From the IMG/VR virus record IMGVR_UViG_3300048631_000350, positions 1 to 57,883 of that record: a DNA stretch of 57,883 nt; one strand, 5' to 3'. The notes beneath the pieces are model-generated. The model was given only the letters and a program-made list of their open reading frames with translations, did not search any database and had not been told where the DNA came from. Shown here one piece after another: positions 9,401-17,843 of the stretch. Within the stretch, counting starts at the first letter, position 1. Each line of letters begins with the position of its first letter. Made by a program: the position numbers and the translations under genes. Source of the DNA: a virus (lineage: Duplodnaviria; Caudoviricetes).

Positions 9401-10294
9401 GCCGTATACGCCACCGGCTACGGCGCCAGCAGCGCCACGGTCCAGCGCTTCCCATACCGACATAGCGGCATCGGTGCCCAGCTTTTCGCCCAGATATTCA
9501 ATGATGCCTTCTTGCAGAAATTCGGTGCCAGCCTCTTTCGCCCCAGCCTTCGCGCCCTCTTTGGCCATTTTACCAATGCCGGCTTTGAGCGCTTCCTTGC
9601 CCAGCGTTTCGGCGCCGGCCTGAGTAATCCCAGATGCACCCATTCGCTCCAGAATGGCAGAACCCAGCGCGAACGGAGCAGCCTCGGCCACATCCACCAG
9701 CTCGGCGCCTTCCTTGCCCTTATTGCGGGCGCGTTCCTCGCCGATCTCCCCGGACCGGGCCATGACATACCCGGGCAGGTTCGCCATGGCGGCAAACATA
9801 TCCGGGATGGACTTCACGCCCTGTTCGGCGCCATATGCCAGAACCTCGCCCCACGCACTACCGCTGAGCGCGCCACCTTCGCCGAACTCCTGCTTGACGC
9901 TTTCCCAGGTGTGTTCGGGCACGTACCCGGCGTCGAAGTTAGCCCAGTAATCGGCAGCGGCTTTCAGGGGCTCGTCGCCACCTTGCTCGGCTCGCCACCG
10001 CTGGTATTCCTTGGGGTTCTTGTAATCCGGGATCAAGCCATCTTCCCAGACCAGACCACCCAACGGGTATTCCTGTTCCGCCTGCTCTGCCATGGCATTA
10101 CCGGCTGTGAACAACCCGCCCAGCAGCTGGCCACCACGCTCAACCGCACCGCGCCCCATGTTCATGGATGGTGCAGGCTCTGTGGATGTGGTGGCAGGCT
10201 CAGGGTCTGACGCCGTCAAAAAGGCCTCGGCAGATCCGAGCTTTTGCACCGGCTCGTTATCCGTGGATTCTTCCAGGAAGGCTTCTGCGCGCAT
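3455..10294 (-). CDS. Large polyvalent virion/ejection protein (PPase-like, zincin metallopeptidase, PRTase and LPD38-like domains)
   Basis: GNYKKG...IENPKGS...HYGY...GADGDHVDVF (PPase-like); HEVVGHYG (zincin); VVDDTMTMGGTL (PRPP-binding loop); C-terminal IPLPYGYN...NENFMGGPI...SPDVMHFLV (LPD38-like); last gene of the late operon. Confidence 0.85.
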   Translation of the reverse strand: MRAEAFLEESTDNEPVQKLGSAEAFLTASDPEPATTSTEPAPSMNMGRGAVERGGQLLGGLFTAGNAMAEQAEQEYPLGGLVWEDGLIPDYKNPKEYQRWRAEQGGDEPLKAAADYWANFDAGYVPEHTWESVKQEFGEGGALSGSAWGEVLAYGAEQGVKSIPDMFAAMANLPGYVMARSGEIGEERARNKGKEGAELVDVAEAAPFALGSAILERMGASGITQAGAETLGKEALKAGIGKMAKEGAKAGAKEAGTEFLQEGIIEYLGEKLGTDAAMSVWEALDRGAAGAVAGGVYGTTAGTAGAAVNEVRNRRQGEAAPDEVAPPILNDEVVDEPAAASESEGDVLPSDDNAPSTDYPGRPEWADNQTNIFRDGTRPEGEIVEQESTAPEAQGSDSQVVQSAEDFLSEPAPTAEEVVADESVAPEPAQEPAVPESTDATGKQASWVIRNKETGEVIAETFERNTVAALNESKYEAVPISEHLASINQQTAESTPQMQTEAAPVVATPEAVQPQELTPAEAVDVAASDTNIEPTEAQKEAGNYKKGRVKVHGLDIAIENPKGSTRSGTDPNGNRWENTMAHHYGYLNRTEGADGDHVDVFIGPDPESDRVFVVDQQNADGTFDEHKVLLGFKNQAEARKGYRDNYDKGWKVGPVKRLSMDEFKDWLKNGDTKKPLQPEKAKAIPATKARKKAAAKVPDNAPVNQGAATEDRKALAEVWRQIGREYPDVDYGAVGNRNLGVMKRVKEATGREIYGPEMKAIFPQSDREAAFREGQGEGRASEQTENSDAPSLSWKKDGKRLWRSDDGQIIADLSFTNGGIRTKLFAVFANDAARDKGDNYASGETLTEAKGKAVAQDSAANDQGTDESGKQAMLSRESYRRTPGFMDDALTVDEARQISGQLMKGWKGAPDVIIRNDIGQFPPALQAIILAKGAEHNMRGVFWNDTAYLLASRIPDRMRMEQVLLHEVVGHYGLRKMLGKDLEPVLNQIWAAHGGKTRADFIIRRYFPDGSFDANNKEHRHEIAEELIAHLAEQNRGQTLVERAVAIIRRGLRKLGFTIEFTVEDIVDLLRRARRTVENGGFETDSSAEGAPVVASKFSKAGKAGSDRAPWPADFPKVPFASALGSAEKHPQYKAAKSGDADAAMDLVDDLVTDEAIGRIRAMIGDRKPALVPVMAEEASGHNAIPAAYAVKIAHELGLEVYGDIVQSVRAKRTGTGADYRLANHSAFDGPVEAGKDYLVVDDTMTMGGTLAGLRGHIEANGGSVVGATTLTGFQKEGQLALTEKMRQDLWRKHGEPLDEYLHQEFGYGIDSLTQGEAGHFRKAVSLDAIRDRITAASVADNDQQNDGQEDSQGVVPPGARFSRDDVPDLDPEPFGAPSDTLLRKMISKIADKFTVLKGVQQNITDRFGEIQEDADAYLAEELFHGKVENDIRLIQENMIQPLAEKMSEYDVSLAQLDEFLYAKHAPERNRVIAQRNDQFPDGGSGMTNAEAAAVIDQVEKSGKLDQFQELADSVYQMLERRRKILKDAGLLDEETLGAWEASYRHYVPLKGWAADEKQEAMPKIGKGFAIAGKESQMAGGRKSKASSPVANAISDLSEAVLRQRKNEVGNAFLSLVQSYPNDGYWRVYTAENPEVERKAVKRVDPTTGKTVVRVEEQTVPMAMMSDRYFTTKVNGETYYIKLQDQRLMNAMRNIGPENNGLLVRSLSMVTRLMSSLNTSYNPEFVISNFSRDIQTALLNLTSEQSADDGKVRGERIAAKTLKSVPTAIRAINASLKGKPLNGRAGDWQRHFDQFRKDGAKTGWFDMKDVDGQMKDLETMISMAGGRTLSLRGLRRGFNAITDWVENTNSAIENGVRLSAYVNAIEAGIPRAKAASLAKNMTVNFNRKGELGTMMNALYMFANASVQGTANFVRTLGRLNGVKGDPVWRRLNTAQKIAAGMAVGGFMLSALNRLVAGDDDDGVNWWDKVPDYVKERNIVIMKSLVGGEPGEYWTIPLPYGYNIFPVIGTGMEHMLASDKPAGDIASNIVLAGLGSFSPIGFEQSEEVYGILFKNITPTILRPGASIMMNENFMGGPIYRRSPAYSTPKPDSALSFRSTPEVYKSLAETINEATGGSAFRSGAMDFSPDVMHFLVGYYGGGAYNFFTSRAPNAALKWAQGVELEDREIPFYRKLHGKVLRFDDESKFYDRRDEINQLADERDNLRGRERVEFVKEYRDKIRLKGTMESVEKRLKLLRAQRDRVEAMDLSAAETDKRLQHIEKQMKRAIDQFNKRYNESED

Positions 10295-11601
10295 TATTCA
10301 AACCCCAGGTTCTGGAGAGCGGAAACGGCTTGTTCCTTGCTGATCTTGCCTGCACGGAAATCAGCCCGGATCTGTTCAGCGTTTTTCGTCACCGTTTGCG
10401 CCTTGGCCTCGGTCGGCGGCGTACCATCACGGTTCACGCGCCCCGCGTAGCTGCCATCCTCGCGGGCAACAGCGGAGCCATCAGGCGGCAGCACTTCGGA
10501 TTCAGCGCCGGTAAGCTCGAGTCCTCGGGCCTGATCTTGTTGTTGCGGCTGATCGCCGGTACCGCGAGTGCGGGCCTTGATCATGGCCAGGGTGTCGATG
10601 GCTTGCTCTCGCAACTGGTCTGGCGAACGGTAGCCCTCATCACCCGGGAAGATGCCCGAGGATTCCTGGAACTTCATTTCTTGCGTCACAAAATCATTCA
10701 CGAAGCGGGCCGGGTCGGTCCGGCTCTCGTTTACGCGATTGAATGCAACGTCAAGATTCGGAGCCAGCCCGTTCTCAACCATCCATTCAGCGGTCTGCAC
10801 ATCGGCAGGCGCTTTTCCTGATCCTCGCCCGCCACGCTGTTCAGGCGTTCGGAAGTCACCCATGGCCTCGCCAGTTTCTGGGTTGACCAACTGGCCATTG
10901 ATGTTGATGCCCTTGGTTTTCGTCGGCGTCTTGCCCGTCAGAGCGGACAATACCTTGGTCGCGGTCGCCTGCGCTTCGGGCGTGCGGAAGGCATTACGCA
11001 GCATCCGGTACCCCTGAACCTGATTTACCAGGGCCTCGACCGGCGTTTGCAGAACCTCGTCGTCACCTTCAACGCCCCGGTTTTTGGTCATGGGTGCGCT
11101 GTACTTGGTGCCGTCTTCCTTCTCGATTTCCAGATCCAGCGCAACGGTGCCCCGCTCCTGACCGGGATACAGGCCGGCAATGCGCTTACGGCCGCCCTCA
11201 CCCCGGTTAATGCGATGACTCCACAACTGGTTCATAGCCTCGATCGCTTCCGGGTCATTCGGCCCCATCGGGCTCTCTGGATCGATCACCGACTGCGCCA
11301 CTTCAATGGATTTATCCGTGCGGGGGTCCAGGGCTGGCCAGAACTGCGGGTGCTCTTTCAGCCAGCCGAATTCATCCTCGGTCGGCTCAACGCCTTGCGC
11401 AATCTTGCCAAGCACAAAGGTGGCTTTCTCTTTGGCTTGTTCTGCGCCATACCGCTCCTTCTGCATGTCAAAGGCTTCTTCCTGAAGCCCCAGCCGCTTG
11501 TCCGCCCGTTCGTTCTGAGCCTGCCGGTTGTAATAGGTGTCCATGAGGCCGAAGCCCTGCATGGCACCATCCACAAATCCGCGTGTATCCAGTCCAGCCA
11601 T
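10294..11601 (-). CDS. Putative internal virion (ejection) protein
   Basis: 435-aa ORF coupled to the giant protein; position in a podoviral gene order. Confidence 0.65.
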   Translation of the reverse strand: MAGLDTRGFVDGAMQGFGLMDTYYNRQAQNERADKRLGLQEEAFDMQKERYGAEQAKEKATFVLGKIAQGVEPTEDEFGWLKEHPQFWPALDPRTDKSIEVAQSVIDPESPMGPNDPEAIEAMNQLWSHRINRGEGGRKRIAGLYPGQERGTVALDLEIEKEDGTKYSAPMTKNRGVEGDDEVLQTPVEALVNQVQGYRMLRNAFRTPEAQATATKVLSALTGKTPTKTKGININGQLVNPETGEAMGDFRTPEQRGGRGSGKAPADVQTAEWMVENGLAPNLDVAFNRVNESRTDPARFVNDFVTQEMKFQESSGIFPGDEGYRSPDQLREQAIDTLAMIKARTRGTGDQPQQQDQARGLELTGAESEVLPPDGSAVAREDGSYAGRVNRDGTPPTEAKAQTVTKNAEQIRADFRAGKISKEQAVSALQNLGFE

Positions 11602-11610
11602 GAGGCCCCC

Positions 11611-11850
11611 TTAAAAAATCTCAGAAAGAACGTAACCGGCACCGGCGCCAATGAATGCGCCCACCGGGCCACCGGCCATCATGCCGATAGCTGCCCCGGC
11701 GCCAATACCGCTCATGGTCTGCTGACGGTCGGCCTGCTTCATAGCTTCCTCGGCGCGCCTCTGCTGGCGCTGCTGTCCTGCCAGGTCGCCCAGCCCCTGC
11801 ATAGCCTCGCCTTCCATTTGCTTGCCAAGCTGTAGAAGTCCGTAGCTCAT
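11611..11850 (-). CDS. Small glycine-zipper virion/pilot protein
   Basis: GIGAGAAIGMMAGGPVGAFIGAGAG. Confidence 0.65.
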   Translation of the reverse strand: MSYGLLQLGKQMEGEAMQGLGDLAGQQRQQRRAEEAMKQADRQQTMSGIGAGAAIGMMAGGPVGAFIGAGAGYVLSEIF

Positions 11851-12266
11851 TGGTTCATCACTCTGTCAGGAATATTGGAGAGCCCCATGCCGCCAGCCAG
11901 GATGGCCTGCTGACGATCCAGTGCGGAAATTCGTGCCTCATTACCAGCGCTGACCGTGGCTGCGCTGCGCCCGATCTTCATGGCGCGGTCCTGGGCTTCA
12001 AGTTGCGCGGGTGTTAGAGCCACGCCATACCGCTGCCGGTTCTGGTTGTTGACCGTCTCGGCGGAATCAAAAGCCAGGCCCACCGCATCCTTTGCTTGGG
12101 TGGCGGCATTGAGCGCTGCATTCGGGTCAGTGGCCTCGGCAGCCAGTTGCTCAACGCGCGGGAGATACCGCGCTTTCCAGTCTTCCCATTGCGCCCGGCT
12201 CAGTTGGCCGAGCAGTGTTGAGGCGCCCTGCTTGCCAGAGAACGCCTGCCCCGGATCGACAAGCAT
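11847..12266 (-). CDS. Putative internal virion protein
   Basis: Ala/Gln-rich helical ORF with overlapping start/stop coupling. Confidence 0.6.
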   Translation of the reverse strand: MLVDPGQAFSGKQGASTLLGQLSRAQWEDWKARYLPRVEQLAAEATDPNAALNAATQAKDAVGLAFDSAETVNNQNRQRYGVALTPAQLEAQDRAMKIGRSAATVSAGNEARISALDRQQAILAGGMGLSNIPDRVMNQ

Positions 12267-12949
12267 CAGTAACCTCCTGCGTAGTCGTAGAACCCGCCGG
12301 CACTGTCATCCAGACCGAAGTTATTGGGTGAGGTATCAAGCCCGGTAGGCGCCTTATAGCCGGCATCTGCAGCGGGCTTGAACCAGTCATTCTGCATACC
12401 GTACCGCGCCCCTGCCCCGGCCACCGTGCCAATCAGCTGCAGGTTGGCTGAGCGACGATTGAATTTCTGTGTCGCCTCGCTGATGGCATCCGAAGCCGAT
12501 TCTTGCGCAAGGCCAGAGAGTCCTGCCTGTGCGCGGCCAGATTGCCCTTGGCCAATGGCGACCACGTTCTGCAGGCCGAGAATCTTCTGGTTGTCCTGCT
12601 CAAACTGCGCCCGGCCCAGCGTCTCGCCGCCGCTGTCCGCCACATCCAGCGCCAGCCCGGTCATTTCGCCCTGAAAGCGTCCGCTGCTGGGATCAATGCC
12701 AGCCTTCGCCATGCCCTTGGCATATCCGCCCTGAGCATCCCCAAGCGCCTGGGTTTGCGCCTGCATGGTGCGCCCGCGGATATAGGACATGTTCTGTTCG
12801 GAATCCATCTGTTCCACGGAAGCCATGTATTTGTCTTCCAGGGGCGCCAGTTTCTCCTGCGCCAGATTCCATTTCTCGGCCGCCACCTGAGCCAGATATT
12901 TCTGCTCCGGCGTGTCCTTGATGTCGTTGTCGCCGCCGCCTTTGCTCAT
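12266..12949 (-). CDS. Putative internal virion protein
   Basis: MSKGGG start and Ala/Gly/Gln-rich composition typical of ejection proteins. Confidence 0.65.
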   Translation of the reverse strand: MSKGGGDNDIKDTPEQKYLAQVAAEKWNLAQEKLAPLEDKYMASVEQMDSEQNMSYIRGRTMQAQTQALGDAQGGYAKGMAKAGIDPSSGRFQGEMTGLALDVADSGGETLGRAQFEQDNQKILGLQNVVAIGQGQSGRAQAGLSGLAQESASDAISEATQKFNRRSANLQLIGTVAGAGARYGMQNDWFKPAADAGYKAPTGLDTSPNNFGLDDSAGGFYDYAGGY

Positions 12950-13362
12950 GTCAGTCTCCTGATATACCGCTGGCCATTGCGTTGCCAGTCACGAAAAACG
13001 CGCCGGTACCCCGGGCGGTCAGATTCAAATTCAAGATGATGCGCGCCAATGTCCCGGGCCAGTGCCTCGATAGCGGGCAGATACTTCGGGATGGCGTTGC
13101 CGCCTTCGGCGTAGGCGGCCCAGATCAGCACGCGAGGGGTTTGGTCGTGGATGGGTAGAAGGATGAAAAAGCCCACCGGGATAAGGAACAGGAAAGCTTC
13201 ACGGCGCTCAAGGCGAGCGCGCACAAGATCCGGGCTCAGATCGGGCGCCGCCTTTTGTCGGACAATCTCAAGCCCTGGCAGCAGCGATTCCCAGACGCCA
13301 GCAATAGAGGCCGCCGGAATGGGCGTCACGCTCGGGCGTTGTTGGCTTGCGGCTGACTGCAT
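12946..13362 (-). CDS. GNAT-like fold protein preceding the ejection genes
   Basis: VLIWAAY...IEALARDIGAHHLEFESDRPG pattern and podoviral position. Confidence 0.5.
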   Translation of the reverse strand: MQSAASQQRPSVTPIPAASIAGVWESLLPGLEIVRQKAAPDLSPDLVRARLERREAFLFLIPVGFFILLPIHDQTPRVLIWAAYAEGGNAIPKYLPAIEALARDIGAHHLEFESDRPGYRRVFRDWQRNGQRYIRRLT

Positions 13363-13643
13363 TCATCCTGCCCTACAATCGTATTGTCTGACGCAATTCT
13401 ACCATCCTCTGTCTGGGTAAGCACCCAAACTGCATACACCACATCGGACCGGAAACTGGATTTACAGTGGTCGTCCTGCCAGAAGAACAGGCGGTTGATC
13501 GCCTTTCTGGCCGTGCGCCAGCGGGGCAGATCCTGATTAAGATGACACCGGGCCGATACGGTCATATCAGGGTTGCCTTTCAGCAGCCAGCAGTTGAGCC
13601 CCTGAGAAATCCACGTAGCAATACCGCCAAACCAGTCGCGCAT
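13326..13643 (-). CDS. Conserved phage hypothetical protein
   Basis: LN..L.GNPD.TVSAR...IN.LFFWQ.DHC motif seen downstream of tail fibres. Confidence 0.6.
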   Translation of the reverse strand: MRDWFGGIATWISQGLNCWLLKGNPDMTVSARCHLNQDLPRWRTARKAINRLFFWQDDHCKSSFRSDVVYAVWVLTQTEDGRIASDNTIVGQDECSQPQANNARA

Positions 13644-13646
13644 GGT

Positions 13647-14036
13647 TTATTCCTCAAGCCAGAATGAAAGGTCAGCCAGCTGTGCCGGTGTCGGCGCTGG
13701 GCTCATTTGCCGGAACTGCTCGGCTTTCACATGGAGGATGGCGCCACGGGCGGCGCGGTTGGTTTTCACCTCGGCGTACACCTGCTCAAGCTCGACCTTG
13801 GTGAGTTGAATGAATGTGTTGTCTGCCCGCTTCCAGGTAAGCTTCCCTTCCTGCAGCGTGGGCAGGCTGTCAAACAGCTCGATGGAGCCTGCCATTCTGG
13901 CATCGCTGCGCTCGTCGCAATCGAAGTTGCCAAAGGTGGTATCCACCGGCGCGGTTTCGTGGGTATCGCGCCAGTGCTTGATCTGCGCCCACGTTGCCGG
14001 ACGGTTATCCGAATTAAGCTGCAGCAACCGCTTCAA
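13647..14036 (-). CDS. DUF4376-like tail fibre assembly protein
   Basis: IKHWRD...FDCDERS...WKRADN motif; TTG start behind GAGGAGG. Confidence 0.65.
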   Translation of the reverse strand: MKRLLQLNSDNRPATWAQIKHWRDTHETAPVDTTFGNFDCDERSDARMAGSIELFDSLPTLQEGKLTWKRADNTFIQLTKVELEQVYAEVKTNRAARGAILHVKAEQFRQMSPAPTPAQLADLSFWLEE

Positions 14037-14421
14037 TGGCCACCTCCTCATCCAGGTAGGGGATAGCTGAGAATCGTAGGGTGTAGGTGCCTGGCAGGTC
14101 CACGGAAAGCCGCACTTCGCCGTCATTCACTTCATCAGCCTGACCATCCGGCCACTCAACGCTGGTGCCCGTCGGGACGTTGCCGATCACGCACTCGTCT
14201 ACACCGTCGGCGGCAATCTGTGGGTTGGTCATTTGCAGGTTGAACGGTTGCTTCGGCAAAACTTCGCCGGCTGCTATGTAGCTGTTAGAGTCTGTAACAG
14301 TTTCAGGGACTTCGATTGCAGGACGTTCAGTTGTGCCTTGCAGCTTCCCCATGCTTTTAGGGCAAGACACTATTCCTGTTATAAGTCCCCTGGAATCATA
14401 TACCGCAAAATGGCTTATCAT
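14014..14421 (-). CDS. Tail fibre-associated protein
   Basis: 135-aa ORF directly after the tail fibre. Confidence 0.6.
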   Translation of the reverse strand: MISHFAVYDSRGLITGIVSCPKSMGKLQGTTERPAIEVPETVTDSNSYIAAGEVLPKQPFNLQMTNPQIAADGVDECVIGNVPTGTSVEWPDGQADEVNDGEVRLSVDLPGTYTLRFSAIPYLDEEVAIEAVAAA

Positions 14422-17400
14422 CTTTTTGCTCCAATTACAGCAATACTGCCGACAACGCTCATGGACGAGCCGTTTATCTGTCGTGCCTGAATTGCTACAG
14501 AGAAAACGCCTTTAGGCAAAGAAACATAAGCAGATATTGGCGCAATATCTGATGCCTGCATGGTCTCGACAGGAGTACCGTTCACGACGGCGCGAGCTTC
14601 TACTGTTATGGTGGATTGGCCAAAAGCACTAGTTACTCTGACAAACCCCGTAAGAATTCCACCTATTGCGTCATCTGTGTTGTTGTTAAAGTTAAAGGAA
14701 GCCACAGTAGTAAAGGGCGAGCCAATAGCCAGAGGCTGCTGTCTTCGAGCGCCTGCAGGGATTGTCACTGCCTCTCCTTTGATCTGCAGCGTATCGACGT
14801 AAGCATCACCGGTGTAGATCTTGTTGCCGTTGATCAGGGTGGTGCCAGGCCGCACCCAGTCCTTTGCAATCGACCCCACCGAGGCCGTGTATGGGTCTTC
14901 CCCACCGCCACCGGAACCGTATAGCTCCCACTCATACCCATGGTTTCCCGTATTGACCGTGTTCCCGTTCATCCACACTCGGACATAGCGAGCAAACTTG
15001 CCGACAGGAACAATGGTCGGAAACTCGTATCCGGACAGGTAGCCACCTGTCGGAGAGCGCGACCAGACAAACCCAGTCGCATTACCACCGTCAGTGGGTC
15101 CTGATCCAATAACGTATTCCCATGACACCCCGTCTGTAGAAATGGCGATCGCATAACGATACCTTCGACCATCCAAGGCGTAGAAAAACATCCTGTTTTC
15201 ACTTACATACCGCTCAGACCCCAAGTCCGCCTGAAGATACTGGATACCAGCGACAAGCTCCCAATAGTCTCCAGAAATTGATCGAACGCCGTCTGTTAGA
15301 TAGTTCAGGTTCGAAACCGAAGACGACGCGGATATGGCAGCGCCGTTTCGCAGGAAATTGCCTGGACGGAAGTTGCTATACTGAGGGACCCCGCCAATCT
15401 GAACCTGATCGGAAATGTAGCCCGTTTCCATTTCCACGTGGCCGCGAACGGTCACATCGCTGAACTCGGCAGATCCACTCTTGGTGACCCGCCAGCCTCT
15501 CTCGCCAGCCAGGTAGTTTGTGGATCGAATGACATCGGCGATGTTCAGTTCCCAGATATCGGCTATGTCGATCTTGGCACCATTAATGGTGGCATCTTTA
15601 ATCTTGGCGCCCGTAATGACCGCATTCTTGATCATTGCGTTGGTAATCGTGGCGTCGGGAATGTACGCCGGAACGTTGATCGCAAACCGGCGCTGACCTT
15701 CCACGGTCGCGTAACCAAACACAAACTGCGTATTCCGCAGTGCGGCCATGCTGGCGTAATTGGTATTGGGGTTGAATGCGGTAATGGACTGTCCCGGGTC
15801 GATGAAATACACCGAATCCGAAGCCACCACAAAACTGGTCACGCCGTTATTGTTGGCCAGCCCAATGCCGGCCACGCGGCCATTTACGTCCAGCTTGACG
15901 GTGTACTGCGCACTCAGCACCGCCACATCGTCCGCAATGCCCTGCACGGCAGACACTTCCGCCTTGGTCTGAATGGCGGCAGTGTTGCCGTTAACAGTGG
16001 CTTCCAGCTGGGTTAGGTTTTGGGCGGTGGCCGTTACCTCCCCCTCCACGTCTTCCACGCGAGTGGTCAGGCTGTTAATCGCTGCCGCATTGCCATCCAC
16101 ATCCAGGTTCTGCACGTCGTTTTGCAACTGGGTGATGGCGCTGCCTTGGCTGCTGATCGTACCTTCCGCGCTAGTCACCCGGTTATCCAGTAGGCTCAAC
16201 GCACCGGCGTTGGCAGTTACCTCGCCATCCAAAGCGCTCAGGTCGTCCGACAAATTAGTTAGCGCCGTACTTTGTGAGCTAATTGCCCCTTCGGCGCTGG
16301 TCACTCGGGTCTGCAACGAGCTGATCGCGCCGCTGTTCAGGGTAATGTCACCCTCAGCAATCGTCAGACTGTTTTGCAACTGGGTAATGTCGGTCGATTG
16401 CGACGAAACCACGCCATCCAGGTCGCTGACTTCGGTTTGTAGCGAGTTAATAGCGTCGGCGTTGCTCGTTACGTTGCCGTTGGTGGTAGTCAGGCTGTTG
16501 TTCAAAGTCGTAATGTCGCCGGACAAACTGACGATGCCGTTCTCGGTCGCCGTCACTCGGGTGCCCAGCGAGCTGATCGCGTTGGCATTGCCGGTTATAT
16601 TGCCTTCCGCCGTGCTCAAGTCGGACTGCAGCAGCGTAATGTCGCCCGCCTGAGAAATCAGCTCACCTTCGGCGGCGGTTACGCGCACGTCCAGCGAGTT
16701 GACCGCCGAAGCGTTGGCCGACACTGCATCGGCAATGCTCTGGTAATCTGGCTGCGGGCTGTAATAGGTGGCGTTCGGCGGGGTGGCGTTCGGTGGGGTC
16801 TGCGCGGCAATAACCTCATACACCACGCTGTCGTATCGGAACAGGTTGCCCACAGTGTAGCTGGCGTTGGCGTCGAACGGGCCAATGTTAATGTCGTTCA
16901 GGGTGGCTTGCAGGGCGCTGATCTGCCCGGCTTGCGCCGAAATATCGCCCTCGTTCGCCAGCACGCGGGTATCCAGGCCGCTGATCGCATTGGCGTTGGC
17001 GATCAGATCGCCGTTTACTGTTATCAGCGTGGCTTGCAGGCTGGTAATGTCCTGCTCGTGGTCAGCCAGCGTGCCCTCGGCGGTATCAATTCGGGGGCCA
17101 TAGTTATCCAGAATGTCCTGCATGGACGGAATCTGAATGGCGTGATTACCAACGGTATCCTCAAGGGTCGGGATACGGAGGCCGTGATCGTCAATCGTAT
17201 TCTGAATCGTCGGAATTGACTGAATCGGCGTCAGCAGATCGTTGGCCAACTCGCTCTCACTGATCTGCCCTTCAATCTGCTCAATGATGTATTCGGGCGT
17301 GAGAATGGTGGTGACCGACGTGCCGGCGGTGTCGTTTACCGGCCCCTCAACATCGCTCGTTGAGGTGAACGAAATCCAGTAGTAATAGGTTTTCTGGCTG

Positions 17401-17843
17401 GCGTCGGCGCGCACGTTGTCAATGTAAAACATGCCCGGCTCTTGGCCGATGCGCTCAGCGTTAGCGAAGTTGTCCGACTCTGCCCGGTAGATATTGGTCA
17501 GGGCGTGGTTGCTGTAGAGGCGCTGCGGTGTCTCCCAGGTCAGGAACACCTCACCGTCAAAGGCAGCCACCGCCTCAAAGCCCACTGGTTTTGGGGGTGT
17601 GGACAGATCGGGTGCGCCGGTACCGGGTTGCAAAGCGCCAGGGTTTGACGGCGGCAAACCGTTACGCAAACGGCCAATGCCGCTGTCCAGAAGATCCCGC
17701 AGCGTCAGCTTCCGGTCCAGTGGGTCACCGCGAACGCCCTCGCCGGTTTCAATGATCTCGGCAATGGCAGACACCAGCGGGCGCAGTTCGGCCGATACCT
17801 TGGGCGAAACCGGCGGCAGAGTGCGGCGGCGCTTCGTCGTCAT
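14418..17843 (-). CDS. Tail fibre/host-specificity protein (coiled-coil repeats, DUF1983-like and discoidin-like domains)
   Basis: Repeats of ANAISxLxTRVTxAEG; YTVKLDVNGRVAGIGL; LQADLG...YAIAISTDGVSW...ARYVRV. Confidence 0.85.
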   Translation of the reverse strand: MTTKRRRTLPPVSPKVSAELRPLVSAIAEIIETGEGVRGDPLDRKLTLRDLLDSGIGRLRNGLPPSNPGALQPGTGAPDLSTPPKPVGFEAVAAFDGEVFLTWETPQRLYSNHALTNIYRAESDNFANAERIGQEPGMFYIDNVRADASQKTYYYWISFTSTSDVEGPVNDTAGTSVTTILTPEYIIEQIEGQISESELANDLLTPIQSIPTIQNTIDDHGLRIPTLEDTVGNHAIQIPSMQDILDNYGPRIDTAEGTLADHEQDITSLQATLITVNGDLIANANAISGLDTRVLANEGDISAQAGQISALQATLNDINIGPFDANASYTVGNLFRYDSVVYEVIAAQTPPNATPPNATYYSPQPDYQSIADAVSANASAVNSLDVRVTAAEGELISQAGDITLLQSDLSTAEGNITGNANAISSLGTRVTATENGIVSLSGDITTLNNSLTTTNGNVTSNADAINSLQTEVSDLDGVVSSQSTDITQLQNSLTIAEGDITLNSGAISSLQTRVTSAEGAISSQSTALTNLSDDLSALDGEVTANAGALSLLDNRVTSAEGTISSQGSAITQLQNDVQNLDVDGNAAAINSLTTRVEDVEGEVTATAQNLTQLEATVNGNTAAIQTKAEVSAVQGIADDVAVLSAQYTVKLDVNGRVAGIGLANNNGVTSFVVASDSVYFIDPGQSITAFNPNTNYASMAALRNTQFVFGYATVEGQRRFAINVPAYIPDATITNAMIKNAVITGAKIKDATINGAKIDIADIWELNIADVIRSTNYLAGERGWRVTKSGSAEFSDVTVRGHVEMETGYISDQVQIGGVPQYSNFRPGNFLRNGAAISASSSVSNLNYLTDGVRSISGDYWELVAGIQYLQADLGSERYVSENRMFFYALDGRRYRYAIAISTDGVSWEYVIGSGPTDGGNATGFVWSRSPTGGYLSGYEFPTIVPVGKFARYVRVWMNGNTVNTGNHGYEWELYGSGGGGEDPYTASVGSIAKDWVRPGTTLINGNKIYTGDAYVDTLQIKGEAVTIPAGARRQQPLAIGSPFTTVASFNFNNNTDDAIGGILTGFVRVTSAFGQSTITVEARAVVNGTPVETMQASDIAPISAYVSLPKGVFSVAIQARQINGSSMSVVGSIAVIGAKR

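Noticed and set aside
14418-17843. Diversity-generating retroelement or invertible tail cassette
   Set aside because: No reverse transcriptase, invertase or duplicated template repeat seen; the repeats are protein-level coiled-coil repeats
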